64,000 nucleotides of DNA from assembly GCA_050084985.1 (NCBI GenBank), contig JBITNC010000001.1, forward strand, positions 142,662,001-142,726,000, in the 5' to 3' direction. Source of the stretch: Nageia nagi. Its lineage: Eukaryota; Plantae; Pinophyta. The notes beneath the pieces were generated by a model. The model was not told the origin of the DNA. It did not search any database and saw only the letters and a list, made by a program, of their open reading frames with translations. A program made the translations under genes and the position numbers. Shown in pieces: positions 1-13,200 of this stretch; the stretch's first letter is position 1, and every line of letters starts with the position of its first letter.

Positions 1-1471
1 TTATTTGACCAGTTTGATAGATGTACTATTCAAAATATTCCAAAAACTAATAACAAGTATGTTGATGCAATGGCAAGTGCTACTTCCCTTGCACCAATTG
101 AGATTGAAGATGAAGAGACTATCTTGACCATTCATAAGTTAAGTTTTCCTTCTACATTGATAGTATGCATGAAATTCAAACCTATCTTATTATAGAAGAG
201 AATGATTTTCAAAATTTGTGTTTTGATATCTACAATTATTTGAAACACCAAACAATACATGAAAAGTTTGATAAAAATGAAAGGATAAGATTGAAGAGAA
301 TTACAATAAAATATATCATCATTGGAGAGGTTTTATATAGGATATCAATTTATGGTACTTTGTTAATATGTTTGACACAATATGAGATAGCTATTGCCTT
401 AGAAAATGCTCATGATGGTTTATGTGGTGGTCACTTTCATGTAAAAGCACTATACACCAAACTTTTGAGGATTGGTTATTATTGGCCTACTATGGAAGAA
501 GATTGTAAATCCTATGTAAAACCTTATTTTCCATGCCAAAAATATGCAAATTTAGAAAAATAACCAATATAAGAGTTGCACTCTATCATTTCTCCATGGC
601 CATTTGCTATATGGGGCATAGATTTGATTAGCATGATTAATCCTCACTCTAGGGAAGGACAAAAGTTTATCATCACAGCTACAAAATTTACCACCAAGTG
701 GATGGAGACTATCCCAATGAAATTAGTTAAGACAAAATAATTGCATTTCTCACTAAAAACATCATTATAAGGTTTGGGGTACCACAAAGATTGATCATGG
801 ATAATGGCTCAAATTTGAAAGGTAAAGATATGAAAGCATTTTGTAAAAAGTTTCATATTATGCAAACCTTTTCTTCCATATAATACCCTTAAGTAAATGG
901 TCAAGCTAAAGCCACAAATAAGAAAATCAAGAACATTCTTGCCAAAATATGGGATAAATACAAGAGAGATTGGCATGACCAATTACCATATGCATTATGG
1001 GCATACAGAGCTAGTGTTCATATAACCATTAGGGTAGCAACATTTTCATTAGTACATAGAGATGAGGCCATTATCCCACTAGAATTGAAAATCCATTCCC
1101 TTAGGATTTTCTTGCAAGGTGATATTTTATATGAAGATGCAAGAAAAGTAAGATTCCAATAGCTAGAATTGTTATATGAGAAAAGGATCAAAGCCATTGA
1201 ATATGAAAAGGTGTACCATGCAAGACTCAAAAGAGCATTTGGTAAGAAGATCAAAGAAAAAGAATTCAAAGTGGGAGATCTAGTGTTAAAAGGGAATATA
1301 AATAAGATAATAGCAAATGATTAAGTAAAAGGAAAATTTGAACACAATTGGTTGGGCCCATTTATTTTTGTTGAAGAAATAGGTTCAGGTGCATACAAAT
1401 TATCATCCATGGATGGCAAGGAGGAACTAAAGATATTTACTTCCATCCATATTAAACATTTCTATGCCTAA
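1..1471 (+). mobile_element. Degenerate Tat-type Ty3/Gypsy pol: end of the additional RNase H plus integrase
   Basis: Translations give NKYVDAMASATS (RNase H C-terminus) and HDGLCGGHF..GYYWPTMEEDC..PCQ (integrase Zn finger). They continue PWPFAIWGIDLI, RFGVPQRLIMDNGS, NGQAKATNK and WLGPF, ending HIKHFYA* at 1471. Stops and frameshifts are present. Confidence 0.92.
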
Positions 1472-1659
1472 ATACAATAACTTTGTGCCTTGCAAACCAT
1501 TCCACTCATGAGTAGGGCATGCATATTTTTCATTTTCTACAAAATTTTAAGAATACCATAGTGCTACCTACATGTGTTACTATCCACATGATGTTAACGA
1601 TATGAGATTAAAAAAAAAATGGTAGTATGATGTATACAGACCATTTATATAAAATGCAC

Positions 1660-2166
1660 AATCATTGATGGCCAATGACATGACAAGTGAGAGTTCACTC
1701 ACTTAAAAGCAAACTGATGATGCAACTATAAGCAATATGTTTACATTGGCTCATCTCCAATGGATGATACAACTTACTATGTATCCACATGGTTTTTTCT
1801 TTGAACCATACAAAGCATAATATCTTCAGGTCATAGGCATAAAATGTATGATTATCGATGGCCATGGCTAGTGAGATTTCACTCACTTAAAAGATAAACT
1901 AGTGATACAACCATAAGCAAGATGTTGACATTGGCTCATCTCCAATGGATGATACAATTTTCTATGCATCCACATGGTTTTTTCTTTGAACCATACAAAG
2001 CATAATATCCTTGAGTCATAGACATAAAATGTATGATCATCGATGGCCATTGACATAGCTAGTGAGAGTTCACTTACTTCAAAGATAAATTAATGATGCA
2101 GTTGTAAGTACAATACTGATATTGACTCATCATCAATGGATGATGCAACTCACTATGTATCCACCT
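1660..2166 (+). repeat. Tandem repeat, ~185-190 bp unit, about 2.7 copies, in the 3' UTR of the Tat element
   Basis: The motif gatggcca..agtgagagttcactcacttaaaag..attggctcatctccaatggatgatacaac recurs at ~1667, ~1857 and ~2042. Confidence 0.9.
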
Positions 2167-2720
2167 TATTTTTATGCAAGGTATTGCTAACACCTCATTT
2201 TAGGTATCTACATCTTGAAGAATAGAAAAAAATACACATGATCCTATGTTGTCAGTAGTGGCTCACTATTTCCATGTTATCAGCTACATACATTTCCTTC
2301 ACATTTCATCTAAAAAAAAGTAGATCCCCTTTATTTCAAGGAATGGATGTAAATGCAACTGATTCCTTAGTATCAGACATAACAAAATGACTAGATTCAT
2401 GGTTTAAACAACATAAGGGGAAAGAGACATTTTCCATCTCCAACATTGGATATGGAACCATACAAATACCTAATAGCATAATTATTTCTACATATATAAA
2501 TAGCACAATTCTTGGAAAAAACACACTTCTTCAGATTTTGCCTTATTTGCACCATTTAAGGATATTTTCTGGGCATCCAAGCCAAAAGGGGGCAATAAGG
2601 GACCCTCATTATCATCATCAATAATAAGGAGCAATGCAATGAAGAGTTCAAAGTTCTCAATAAAATTTCTTTCATACTTCTTCTTTGGACATGTAATTCC
2701 ATTACTTCAATCACACCTCC

Positions 2721-3326
2721 GAAGGGGGACAAAATGTAGATGCTTAAAAATGAATTATTATTTATTAAATAATTTATTTTAGAACATCAATGATGTATGA
2801 TATAAAGAAGGGGTTAAAATAATACCCAATACTATGTAATCTATGTAATGGACCTTACAAGGGATAAAAAAGATCTAAGTCATGTAAATATGTTAATATA
2901 TATAAAGGCATCAAAGATGACCTAAAAGTTTATGAGAAAATGAATATGAGGAGGATTTTAGAGAGATTCTAGCAAATGTTATATCACTCTATTATACACA
3001 AATATTATTTTTGAATTACATCTCATGTTTGAAATATGATGAATCTTTCATTTGCTTATCACTACATTCTTTATTGCATTTGTGTTATTGCATATTTTTG
3101 GCCACTAACAGCGTAGCTCATTTAGGCAACCAATGATGTGTTCATGAATGAATGTATGCTCATGTTTTATGGATGTTTCTCTTAATGGATTAAGCATGCA
3201 AATTAATAAAAGGTACATATACTTTTGTTATTCTTTATTTCCATATTTTAGATATATGTGATAGTAAAAATATTATAGCCAAATAGTGCATCAATTTTCA
3301 TATTTATGTAGTATTTTTGGATTACA
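2721..3326 (+). mobile_element. Polypurine tract (2721-2734) and 3' LTR (2735-3326) of the Tat element
   Basis: GAAGGGGGACAAAA is followed by TGTAGA at 2735. The segment ends ATTACA at 3326, and a different integrase frame (VDRLTKVAHFIP) starts immediately after. Confidence 0.75.
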
Positions 3327-3848
3327 GGTTGATAGATTGACCAAGGTAGCACATTTTATACCTAGAAATAGCATTGATAATGCTTTTATTATGGAAAATA
3401 AATTTGCACATGATATCATTAGATTGCATGGATTTTAAGAGGTGATAATCTCAAACAAAGATTCAAAATTCAGCTCCATCTTTTGGAAATCATTACACAA
3501 GGTATTGGGAGCAAAATTGACCATGAGTTCAATATATCATCTAGAGATAGATAAAAAGAATGAACATGTGAATAGATTTCTTAAGGATATACTGAAATGT
3601 ATTGCATGGAATAAAAGACTAAATGGGAGGACTACCTCTATTTAATCGAGTTTGCCTATAATAATGGATACCATTTTTCTTAGGAATGATCCCTTTTGAA
3701 GCTATTTATGGAGGGAGATGCAGAACTCCTTTATCTTGGAACAATCAAGAGGATTAGGTGATGATCTAACCTAAAATGTTAAAGCAAATGGAGGAGTAAC
3801 TCAAATCCATATGATGAAAGCTCAAGGAAGATGTCAATCATCAAAAGA

Positions 3849-5533
3849 GTTATGTTGATCTTAAGAAAAATACTCAAGAATTTGCTATGGGAAATAAAGT
3901 GTTCTTATAAGTTTGACCCATGAAAAGTGCCACAAAATCTATTAAATTGCATCCCCAATTGTTGGTCCTTTTGAAATAGTTGAAATTAAGAGTCCAGTTA
4001 CCTATAAACTTGCCTTACCATCAAGTTTGTCAAAAATGCATGATGTCTTTCATGTTTCATTATTGAGAAAGTATGTTGTTAACCTTCTCATGTGTTAGAT
4101 TTTTCTAACTTGTAGATATCATGCCCTTAAGCTATTTAAGTTCTACCTATTAAAATCCTAGCTTTTAGGACTTGGAAATTAAGAATTTGGGAGATAAATG
4201 AATATTTGGTCCAATGGGAGAAGTACTCTAAATCTTCTTCCACTTGGGAAGATGAATCTTTCATGAGAAGATAATTTTCTTATTTTTTTGAGTGATTATG
4301 TAAATCATTATTGGAATCTATTGCTTATATTTAAGAACATAGGGGAACATGTTCCTTTTTAATGGGGTAAGTATGTAACAAACCACTTAATTGCACTTAT
4401 TATGACATGAATGCCTTTGATAATTTGAATATGATGGAGACTATTTGTGTAAGAGTGAGGAAATGATTAGCATTGATTCGTTATGGGAATGGATTGGTAA
4501 GAGAGGAATGATTAGCATTGATTCGTTGATAGCCCATAGGGACCTTCATAAATCATATAGATGCATCTCATAATTATTATGCATGATATTTGAGCCCTAT
4601 GATGTGTATGATTTTCATGTATGTACTAACAAAATTTATGCTGATCTTAAGAGAAATCCTTAAGAATTTGTTATGCAAAATAAAGTGTTCTTATAAATTT
4701 GACCCATAAAAAGTGCCATAAAGTCTACCAAATTGGCTCCCCAATTTGTTGGTCCTTTTGAAATAGTTGAAAAGAAGAGTCTAGTTGCCTATAAAATTGC
4801 CTTGCCATCAAATTTATCAAAAATACATGATATCTTTCATGTTTCATTATTGAGAAAGTACGTTGCTACTTCTCATGTGTTAGATTTTTCTAACTTGCAG
4901 ATATCGTACTCTCAAGCTGTTGAAGTTCTATTTGTTAAAATCTTAGCTTTTAGGAAAAGAAAATTAAGAATTTGGGAGATAAATAAATTTTTGGTCCAAT
5001 GGGACAAGTACTCTTAATCTTCTTCCACTTGGGAAGACGAATCTATCATGAGAAGATAATTTCCTTATTTTTTTGAGTGATTATAAGAAGATTAGACTCT
5101 ATTGATTATATTTAAGAACATAAGGGAATGTGTTCCTTTTTAAGGGGGGTAGTATTTAACAACATGCCTAATTGCACTTATTATGACTCGAATGCCTTCG
5201 ATAATTTAAATATGATGGAGACTATTTGTGTTATGGCATGACTCATAATGAATGGCTATATGCAATATTTGTTTTGATTTGATGTTGGCTTTGAGGTTGT
5301 TATGAAATAGGTTATAGGTTGACTCAGTTTGGGAGTTAGGTTGGAGACACCAAGGAACCAAATATGAGTTGGTTACAGGAACATATTGGTAAAAGTGAGA
5401 AAATGATTGGTGTTGATTCCTTGATAGTCCATAGGGACCTTCATAAATCATATAGATGTATATCATAATTATTATGCATGATATTCAATCCCTATGATGT
5501 GTATGATGTTTATGTATGTATTAACAAAATTTA
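3849..5533 (+). repeat. Tandem duplication of integrase C-terminus/chromodomain + PPT + LTR start (copy 1 ~3849-4638, copy 2 ~4636-5533)
   Basis: Both copies start ttatg(t/c)tgatcttaaga and end atgta(c/t)taacaaaattta, and align colinearly in between. Confidence 0.9.
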
Positions 5534-5734
5534 CCTTGCAATATGGGCAGTTTCTATGGGTAAGATTTTGTGCAAAAATATTTGATGTGCATTTCTAAAT
5601 TGCCTTAGAAAATAATTAACTATTTTAAATCTTGCAAGGTAATATTCTATATATTTAAATTTAAATTTTCACTAAATAATTATATTTTTACATGCAATAA
5701 ATTCTATGGTTGAGTAGAAATAAATTTATCAAGG

Positions 5735-5950
5735 GATAAGGGACTATTTTTCTATTTTGCATTAGGTGACTATTTTGTTATTTCACATTAGGTATGCCAA
5801 ATAAATAAGGGACTATTTTGGTATTTTGCTTTAGGTGTGCAAAATAATGAAGGGATTATCTCCATACATTTTCATATTTTGCATTAGGTATGCAAAATAA
5901 TTAGGACTATTTCCTATATATTTTGGTATCTAGCATGAGGTATGCATAAC
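5735..5950 (+). repeat. Degenerate ~55-60 bp tandem repeat inside the Tekay-like LTR
   Basis: Recurring ggactatttt...ttttgcattaggtatgcaaaataa. Confidence 0.7.
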
Positions 5951-7859
5951 AATTTGTAGGAATTTTGACTTCTACAAATCCCACCATAAAATAAAAAGCC
6001 TCTGTATGCCTCATGAACAAAAATTTTGAGATGGGAAAATAGTAAAATATGTGGAAGTGTTATACCAACCTTTTGTTATAAATACCTAGGAAACCTTTAG
6101 AAAAATACACACTCATCCCTTCTTTCCAAATATTGACCTTGAGATCTATGAAGGAAGGATTCTCTCTATTCTCATTTTTCCATTTACAAGTGCAAGTGCT
6201 CTTCTCATATTTTAGCCACTAGTGCTAAATACTTAATTTAAATTATGAATTTTAATATTGTACTCCATTTTAAAAGGGGATTGTTTATTTAAAATTTGGG
6301 GAAAATACATGTGAACTTATTGTATAGTTTGTCTATATATGGTTTACGATCTTATTTTATAATTTTTCTATATGTGGTTGGAAGTATCTAGATTAAGGAG
6401 TAAACGATTTAATATTTAGTTGAAAATTGAACTTATAAACTTTATAAACTTTGTAGATTATTTTGAAATAATGAAATTATTTATTTAAAAGGCTTATCAT
6501 GATAATAAAGATTACTTTATTTTTTATTAACGTTAATGGTATCATGTGAATGGCATAGTGATTTTATTTGACACATTTGTATTAATTGGAGTACTTGGAA
6601 TATAAGTACAAGTAAAATGAAAGTGTTAAATGAATGAGTCATGGGGTGAGTTGGAGACCCAAATGGGGATGTCATTTTGTGAATTATTTTCACGAGTGAT
6701 CTTATCCTTTTGAAACCCCATCAATGGAAAATATTCCTCTTTTTTAGTGTCAAATATGAAGCTATAATGGATGCCCCTGGATACTCCTTTATCTACTACA
6801 TTCTCTCTCAAATTACCACAACTCGACTCAGAACGGGTGCAGGGAAACTAACCTACATTAGAGGTATTGCAACATGGGTAGACATGACAAAAGTAGGCCA
6901 ACACATTATTTACTTTTGAAGAGTTGAAAACTACATTCGAAAATTAGGATGTATTCCTCTATACCTGAAAGAAAGTGGCCTCTAGGAGAGCAGATTATCT
7001 GCATAGTTGAATTTGAACCACCGCCAACCAGAAGAATCATCGTGTCGAGATGTCGCTTACAGAGCCAGAGCCTTATACCAAACTTTCTCTTCGAACGCTG
7101 GCCAATAAAATCGTTCATCATGGAGCGAACTTTCGCTTCTGTAAATAGGTATGAGAACTACAAATAGATGCACTTCTCCTTCCATACCAATGTTGATTTG
7201 CTTCTAGTATGAGTTCAATTAAAATCAAGTTGAGAGGGAGGACCAGGAAATACTGACACTGGTAAAGTAATTTTCTATCCCAACATAGGAAAGTGGTGTA
7301 GACGCTGTAACTATATCCATAAGAAGCTCAAACTAGGAAATACGTCTATACTCCTTTGTAGTACAATCATTCTTCTCTACAATGAAGGATCTTGTAGTGT
7401 GACCCATTTTACTTTCCTTGGAACAATTTAAATCTTTTTTATATCCATTTGAATATTACTTATGGGTGCTACTATATGAGAGCCTTCCTCTACAAGTGGA
7501 AGCTCCTCCCAAATGCGTCACACTAGGGTAATAAAACTATGTCATTAAAGTTCAAGCGTAGATAATAATATCGAAGTAATATATATGCTTTCTACTATCC
7601 TCCATTTAAATTTTTTATTAAACCTTGATCGCTTCCCATAAAATTTACTGTAATTTTTGTTTGATTATGGCACTTGTTGTGTGATAAAGGAACTAAAAGA
7701 TATTTGAGCTTTATAATAGTCCTATTATTAAGATAATCATGATAATAGGAATATTTGTTTAAAATATCATGATTACCTCTTTAGTATATAAATGATAAAT
7801 TAGTTTGATTTCCTTTTTAGTTTATTAAAAAAAATAAAAAAATAAATGAGGAATACAAG

Positions 7860-10230
7860 GTTTAAGAGGTTACACAATGTTGGTATATTAGATATTTTTT
7901 GAATTTACCATTTTAAGATCATAATAGATTTATAATAAATATTTGAATTGGTTTGTAATAAAGAAAAAAATGTGAATAGTGAAATTATACCCTATGATTG
8001 AGGAAGCGAGGTAGTTCTAGTGAGAATATAAAACCTCTCGAGATCAAAGAATTAGGTATTGATTGTTGATTATTGACTACTACATGTGGAAAATTAAATG
8101 TTTCAAATGTGATGTATCTAGTGTAGGATGCATTTTGGTCATGAAAAGAGCTTTCCTAATCCTCAAATACTCTAAAAAACCCCTTCTAGTACTCTTATTC
8201 AACAAGTCTTGTATTCTTGGGATGAACATGCAAGATGGAGGTACCATAAAGATGCATCAAGATGAAGAAGATGTATTAAAGATCTTTTTGGTATATTTCT
8301 ACAAAGTTATAATGTAAAATCCTCATGTTGAGTATATGGGAACCCACATGTAATTAAATACATCATACACTATGATGTACATCATACTCAAGTCAACAAT
8401 TAGAGTTACCATAATCTTGATGTATTGTTATCATCATGAAACACATTAGGGTATGGAATAAAGTTATTACACATTGTTATATAGCCAATTTTAAAATAAA
8501 TGTAATTATATACAAATTTATGTACTAAGTTAGATAGCCCATATGTCCATGATACACTTGTAAAAAATTTATGATAATCCAAGAACCAAGTATATTCTAA
8601 CTCATCCAATGTTTGAGTTTATAAATGTATCTATTAAATTTATGAGACTCTTTGAAAAAAATGATGTATTGAAAGTTTAACTAAGATATTGATACAAGAA
8701 ACCTAGTGTGTTCAAATTATTTATAAATACAAAGTAAATATCATAATAGATTACCTAACTGAATTGTAATATGATTATTGTGAATTTGGGAATCATATTG
8801 TAACACATGGAATTTAATGATTCATTATGAAAATGCAATGATGGTGTTGTGTTCAAGAAAATATACATCCATGAAAGGTTAAAATGACCAAAGCATGAGT
8901 TACTTACAATACTTTGGAGTGATACAAATAGAATGGTAAGGTCTTGACACTTATATCAAACTTAAACAAGATGTTAAGGTTCTTATGTGATCCTACAAAG
9001 AAACATAATCAATAAGTTAAAACCCTAAAAGGAAATTTAAAGGGAAAGGAGACCTCAAAACAATATTAGAAGTTTATCAAAGGATGTGATAAGCATACAA
9101 ACAAACTAGTTAAGAATTAAGAACTATGAATGATTATAACATTGAAAGAAAACTTAGTCAAACCCATGTTATCATAATTTTCCTAAATAATAACCAAAAT
9201 ATATTCCATGAGTATGTTAAACTCTACATCGCACATTATTAGAAGTAGCCACATTTAAAGGCATCTCAGGGCTTATTATTTTTCTTTGGCATGTGATGTA
9301 CTTTTAAAGTAATATTCTTTCCACTACATCATGTATATGGTATATTTATAGTAAAGTACTATTGGATATTCTTTGATGGCTTCATGAATAAGCTTATCTA
9401 AAACTTCTTATGCATGTTTGATGAAATTACTACTTTTGTTTACTAAACATGATTGATAATGTAAAAAGTGTTCTGGTTTGCAATTAATTTAGATTGTAAG
9501 AACATCCTATTACTTGATTCAAGTATGAAACCTATAAAACCTAATAATTGGTATGTGATTAATTATTTCTAGGGTCATTAATGTGGAGATGGTTCTCTTT
9601 TATAATATTATTTTAAAATTTATTAAACAATACAAACCACTTGAGAGTATTATTCTAATACACATGGCTCCCCAAGATATGGGCACGAGGATGTTGAACA
9701 TCATGGTTAGCCTAACCAATAGATATGGAAAGGATAGTGTCTTATACCCTTAACAGGTTGTCAGATGAGGGTAGAAATCGATAAAACTAGAATTACTAGA
9801 TGAGGGTAACTAGTAGTCATTTTTTCTATAGTTTAAAAAATAAGAGTACGATTATTGTTCCATAGGTGATGATGCTTAACCATTTCATATGTAGGATTGC
9901 CTAGGATAATCTATATTCACCTATGTATCTAAGGGTTACCATCAGGGAAAGATGTATAACCTTATGGATGAGCATTCTTTTGGATGATATGGGCCCTAAG
10001 TAGGAAACCATAACACCATGAATAGAATATTTATTGCATAGTTTGTGAATAGAAATGGTGGGATCACTTATGTGACATCTTCCAATGGGGTGAGAATTGA
10101 TAAGTGAACACCAGAAGTATTTTGATCAATATCAATTAATCTAAATTTGGTCAATCTTGTCATATGGGTGCTAACTAGCTTGCAATGTTGACATGCTTAT
10201 ATGGATCTCCTTGTCCATTCCTAGACCATT
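7860..10230 (+). mobile_element. Highly decayed, internally deleted Ty1/Copia pol remnant
   Basis: Scattered motifs occur in Copia order (INT before RT): KIKCFKCD (~KIKCLRSD), IHHTL.CTSYSSQQ (~YTPQQN), NTWNL, VFKK..KA*V (~KARLV), LKQDVK, LSQ, GSLM. Boundaries are approximate. Confidence 0.45.
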
Positions 10231-13200
10231 TGAGTGTTTAAATTAAATAAAAAAAAAGGTCTAAAATTTTAGGGTTTTGTGAAGTTAGGAATAAGTGAAG
10301 CATTACAAATAGGGCATGGGAGGTGCCATCCCCCTGGTCATGTTAGGTGGGTGGGGGTGAGACTATAGTGCCCATGCCCATATTAATTTAATTATTAAAA
10401 AATATAATATTAAACATTTTAAAAAGTAAATTTTAAATATTTAATATTTTAAAAAAATATTATTTATTATAACATTAATTAACATTTTAAGTTGCTAAAA
10501 AATTAATATTTAAATGGTTCAAAGGGAGTTGAGAACTTTAAAAAAAATAGTGTATTATTTTCAAATGTAAATTTATCAATTTTAAGATTTGAAATAATAA
10601 AACATTTATTATTTCAATGTAGTTTAGTTAATCAATATTACATTTTCTTTCTTTGATTAATAGATAACTATTATATTGTTCATGCATTTACTTACGCCTA
10701 TGAAATTGGAAATTTGGAGCAATAATTTAAGAATGAATGTTATGATCATTTTGAATAATATTGGATAATTCATTTCTTATTTTTACCCATAAATATTAAG
10801 AACATGAGTTTGTAAAGGAGAAGCATGTACTTATTTCTAAAAGAAGTTAATCATGATTTATCATTTAGTTAGAATGATAAAGTAAAATAAAATACCATTT
10901 GAATGCATTGTATGTTACCTTAGTGAAATACATACAAGTGTTGTCTTTGATCTTGTTAAGCATCCAACAAGTGGTTCACTTAGAAGGAGGAATACCTTGG
11001 TGATTCAATACTTCCAAGATGGATAAAATAGGAGATCATGAATTATAAACTTGAGCTATAATATTGTATTTATATCTTAATGAGATATCCAAATTGTAAT
11101 CATTATGAATATGAGTTTGATTATGTTATAAAGAGTAGTTTGGTAAAATTAGCACAATTATGTATGTTACAAAAGAGTATTTCTTACTTTGATATTTTAT
11201 GATTTAAATTCTTAATTACATGAAGGAACAATGTATGTAATTAAATCTCAATTTAGATAAAAATTAGTAAACATTGTTATTTCAATTATTCTCATTGATG
11301 CTATTGCAATAATTACAAATTAAATCAACTTAAGAACTTATACCTATTCATCCAACCAAATGCTAAAATAAAAATACATAATTATAAACTAAGAATGATT
11401 AAGTGGTGAAAGAACTTAGGTTATAATTATCTTGTTTCAAGATTAACTTTTGGTTAGTTAGGAAAAATAAACTAGAAAATGATAAGCTAGTTCTACCTCT
11501 AGAGTTTAACATCTAGTCAAAAGATAACGAGTAGCTAATCAATTAACAAAAGTAGTAACTGCATGAGTTATGGATAGGTAGTTACTACAAGTTAAGTGGT
11601 GATTCCTTGTGAGTATTATGGGTAGGTACGGGTACATCAATTAATTTTACAGTAGTAAAATTAACATTGAGTTCCATCATGGGAGGTGATAAAAACTCAA
11701 TCCACTTGGCATACACTAATAAATCACTATCCTGGGGTAGCATGAAGTGATGGGAAAAGTGTATCCCTTATTAAATATATAAGGGCTAAGAAGAACCCAA
11801 ATATCATGGTTGATATAGGTGAGTCAAATATAGGAGATATTTAAAACACTGATGCTAAGTTGAAACAAGTGTATGGTAGATGAATTATCAAAAATAACTA
11901 TAACATGACTTGGGTGAAATGGAACTAATCATTTCAATCCACTTGAGGGTTTTTTGAAATGACTACTAAAACTCAAATGTGAAATACCAAACCTATTCTA
12001 TAAATGTTAAGATGTTAACTTAGTAAAAAAAATATGTCTAGATTTTGAGGTAGAATTAGATAGATATTTCATTGAAGAACATGGAAGGGAAGAGGCCACA
12101 ACCTAGCCATAGTGATATTGAGGTTGAGGTCATACCAGATAGCCCTAATTACAATGATGAGGAGGAACTATTTAGAAAGGAGATGAAGGAGAATATTGGA
12201 GAAAATCCATAACATACTAACAAGAATCAACATGGAAAAAGTTATCCTTTGGAACTCAATGAATGAAAGGTATATAAAGGTCAATTGGAAGGCATTTTAA
12301 AGGTATTCAATTTATATCCATGCAAGACCATCATCTCTCTGATAGTATATAGGAATGATAGGGAGGTAATCTCTAGAATCCTAGATCATATCTCTATCAT
12401 CCTAAAAGAATTCTAGAAGTAGGAAGGAAAGGTGAGGAGATAATAGTTAGAAATAATAATACTTAAAAATCTCATAGGAGGAAAACAAGCCCAAAAATCT
12501 AGCCTTGATAGATTCTCCTAGACCACCACCCATTCTTGATGTGAAACCAAATGAAAGACAAAGATCCTTTCTAAAACTTTCAATCAACATTAAACCTTTA
12601 TCTATTATTATACCTACAAGAATAGAATATCAAAATAGGACTATGCCCAAAGGGAAGCTAAGGAAGAATGTTGGTTCCATGCATGGGAGTAAGAGGAAAA
12701 AAAATTCCTATCTAGGAAGTTACATGCATCACCATCAAGAGGGGGATAAAATCCCTCAATGAATGTATAACATGTACCTTTTTTTATTTGTATTCACTTT
12801 CAGCCTATTTTGTTATGTACAACTAAATTGCATAGTAGTAATTATAATAACTACTAACTAGTAGTTTAGTAGGTTTGATGGTATAAATGTAGCATAGATT
12901 TAGTCTAGCTATGGGTTGGCTTGTTCACCATATTGGAATATCTATTCATTATGATTGGTTTTGGGATCCTTCTAAAATTCATTACTTTTGATAATATTAT
13001 TACCTTATTACTAAAATATATATGAAGCTAGATCTCAATACCATATCAAATATTCAATCTAACACTCCAATGGATACCACTATTATACAACAATCAAACC
13101 TATCATACCTCTACAAATAATATTTAATATCTCTATCTCTTCATCCTTCAAATAATCCTAAAAACCACTTCCAAAGGTTACCTAATTACTTATAACAACA

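Larger units (their letters stand above)
3327..6674 (+). mobile_element. 3' part of a chromoviral (Tekay/Del-like) Ty3/Gypsy element: integrase core, GPF motif, chromodomain, PPT, 3' LTR
   Basis: Motifs: [73 protein letters not shown]. PPTs at ~4361-4373 and ~5141-5154 are followed by TGTAAC/TTTAAC. The LTR probably ends at GGGGATGTCA (6674); this boundary is tentative. Confidence 0.85.

Noticed and set aside
1660-2166. CRISPR-like array
   Set aside because: Whole units are repeated with no unique spacers, in a eukaryotic retrotransposon context.
10310-11200. Short inverted repeat gggcatggg/cccatgccc and a YLGDS-like stretch suggesting PIF/Harbinger
   Set aside because: Too few motifs and no TIR/TSD pair; cannot be supported.
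12050-12780. Purine-rich decayed coding-like stretch, including ORF 12505-12762
   Set aside because: No recognisable domain; probably TE debris.
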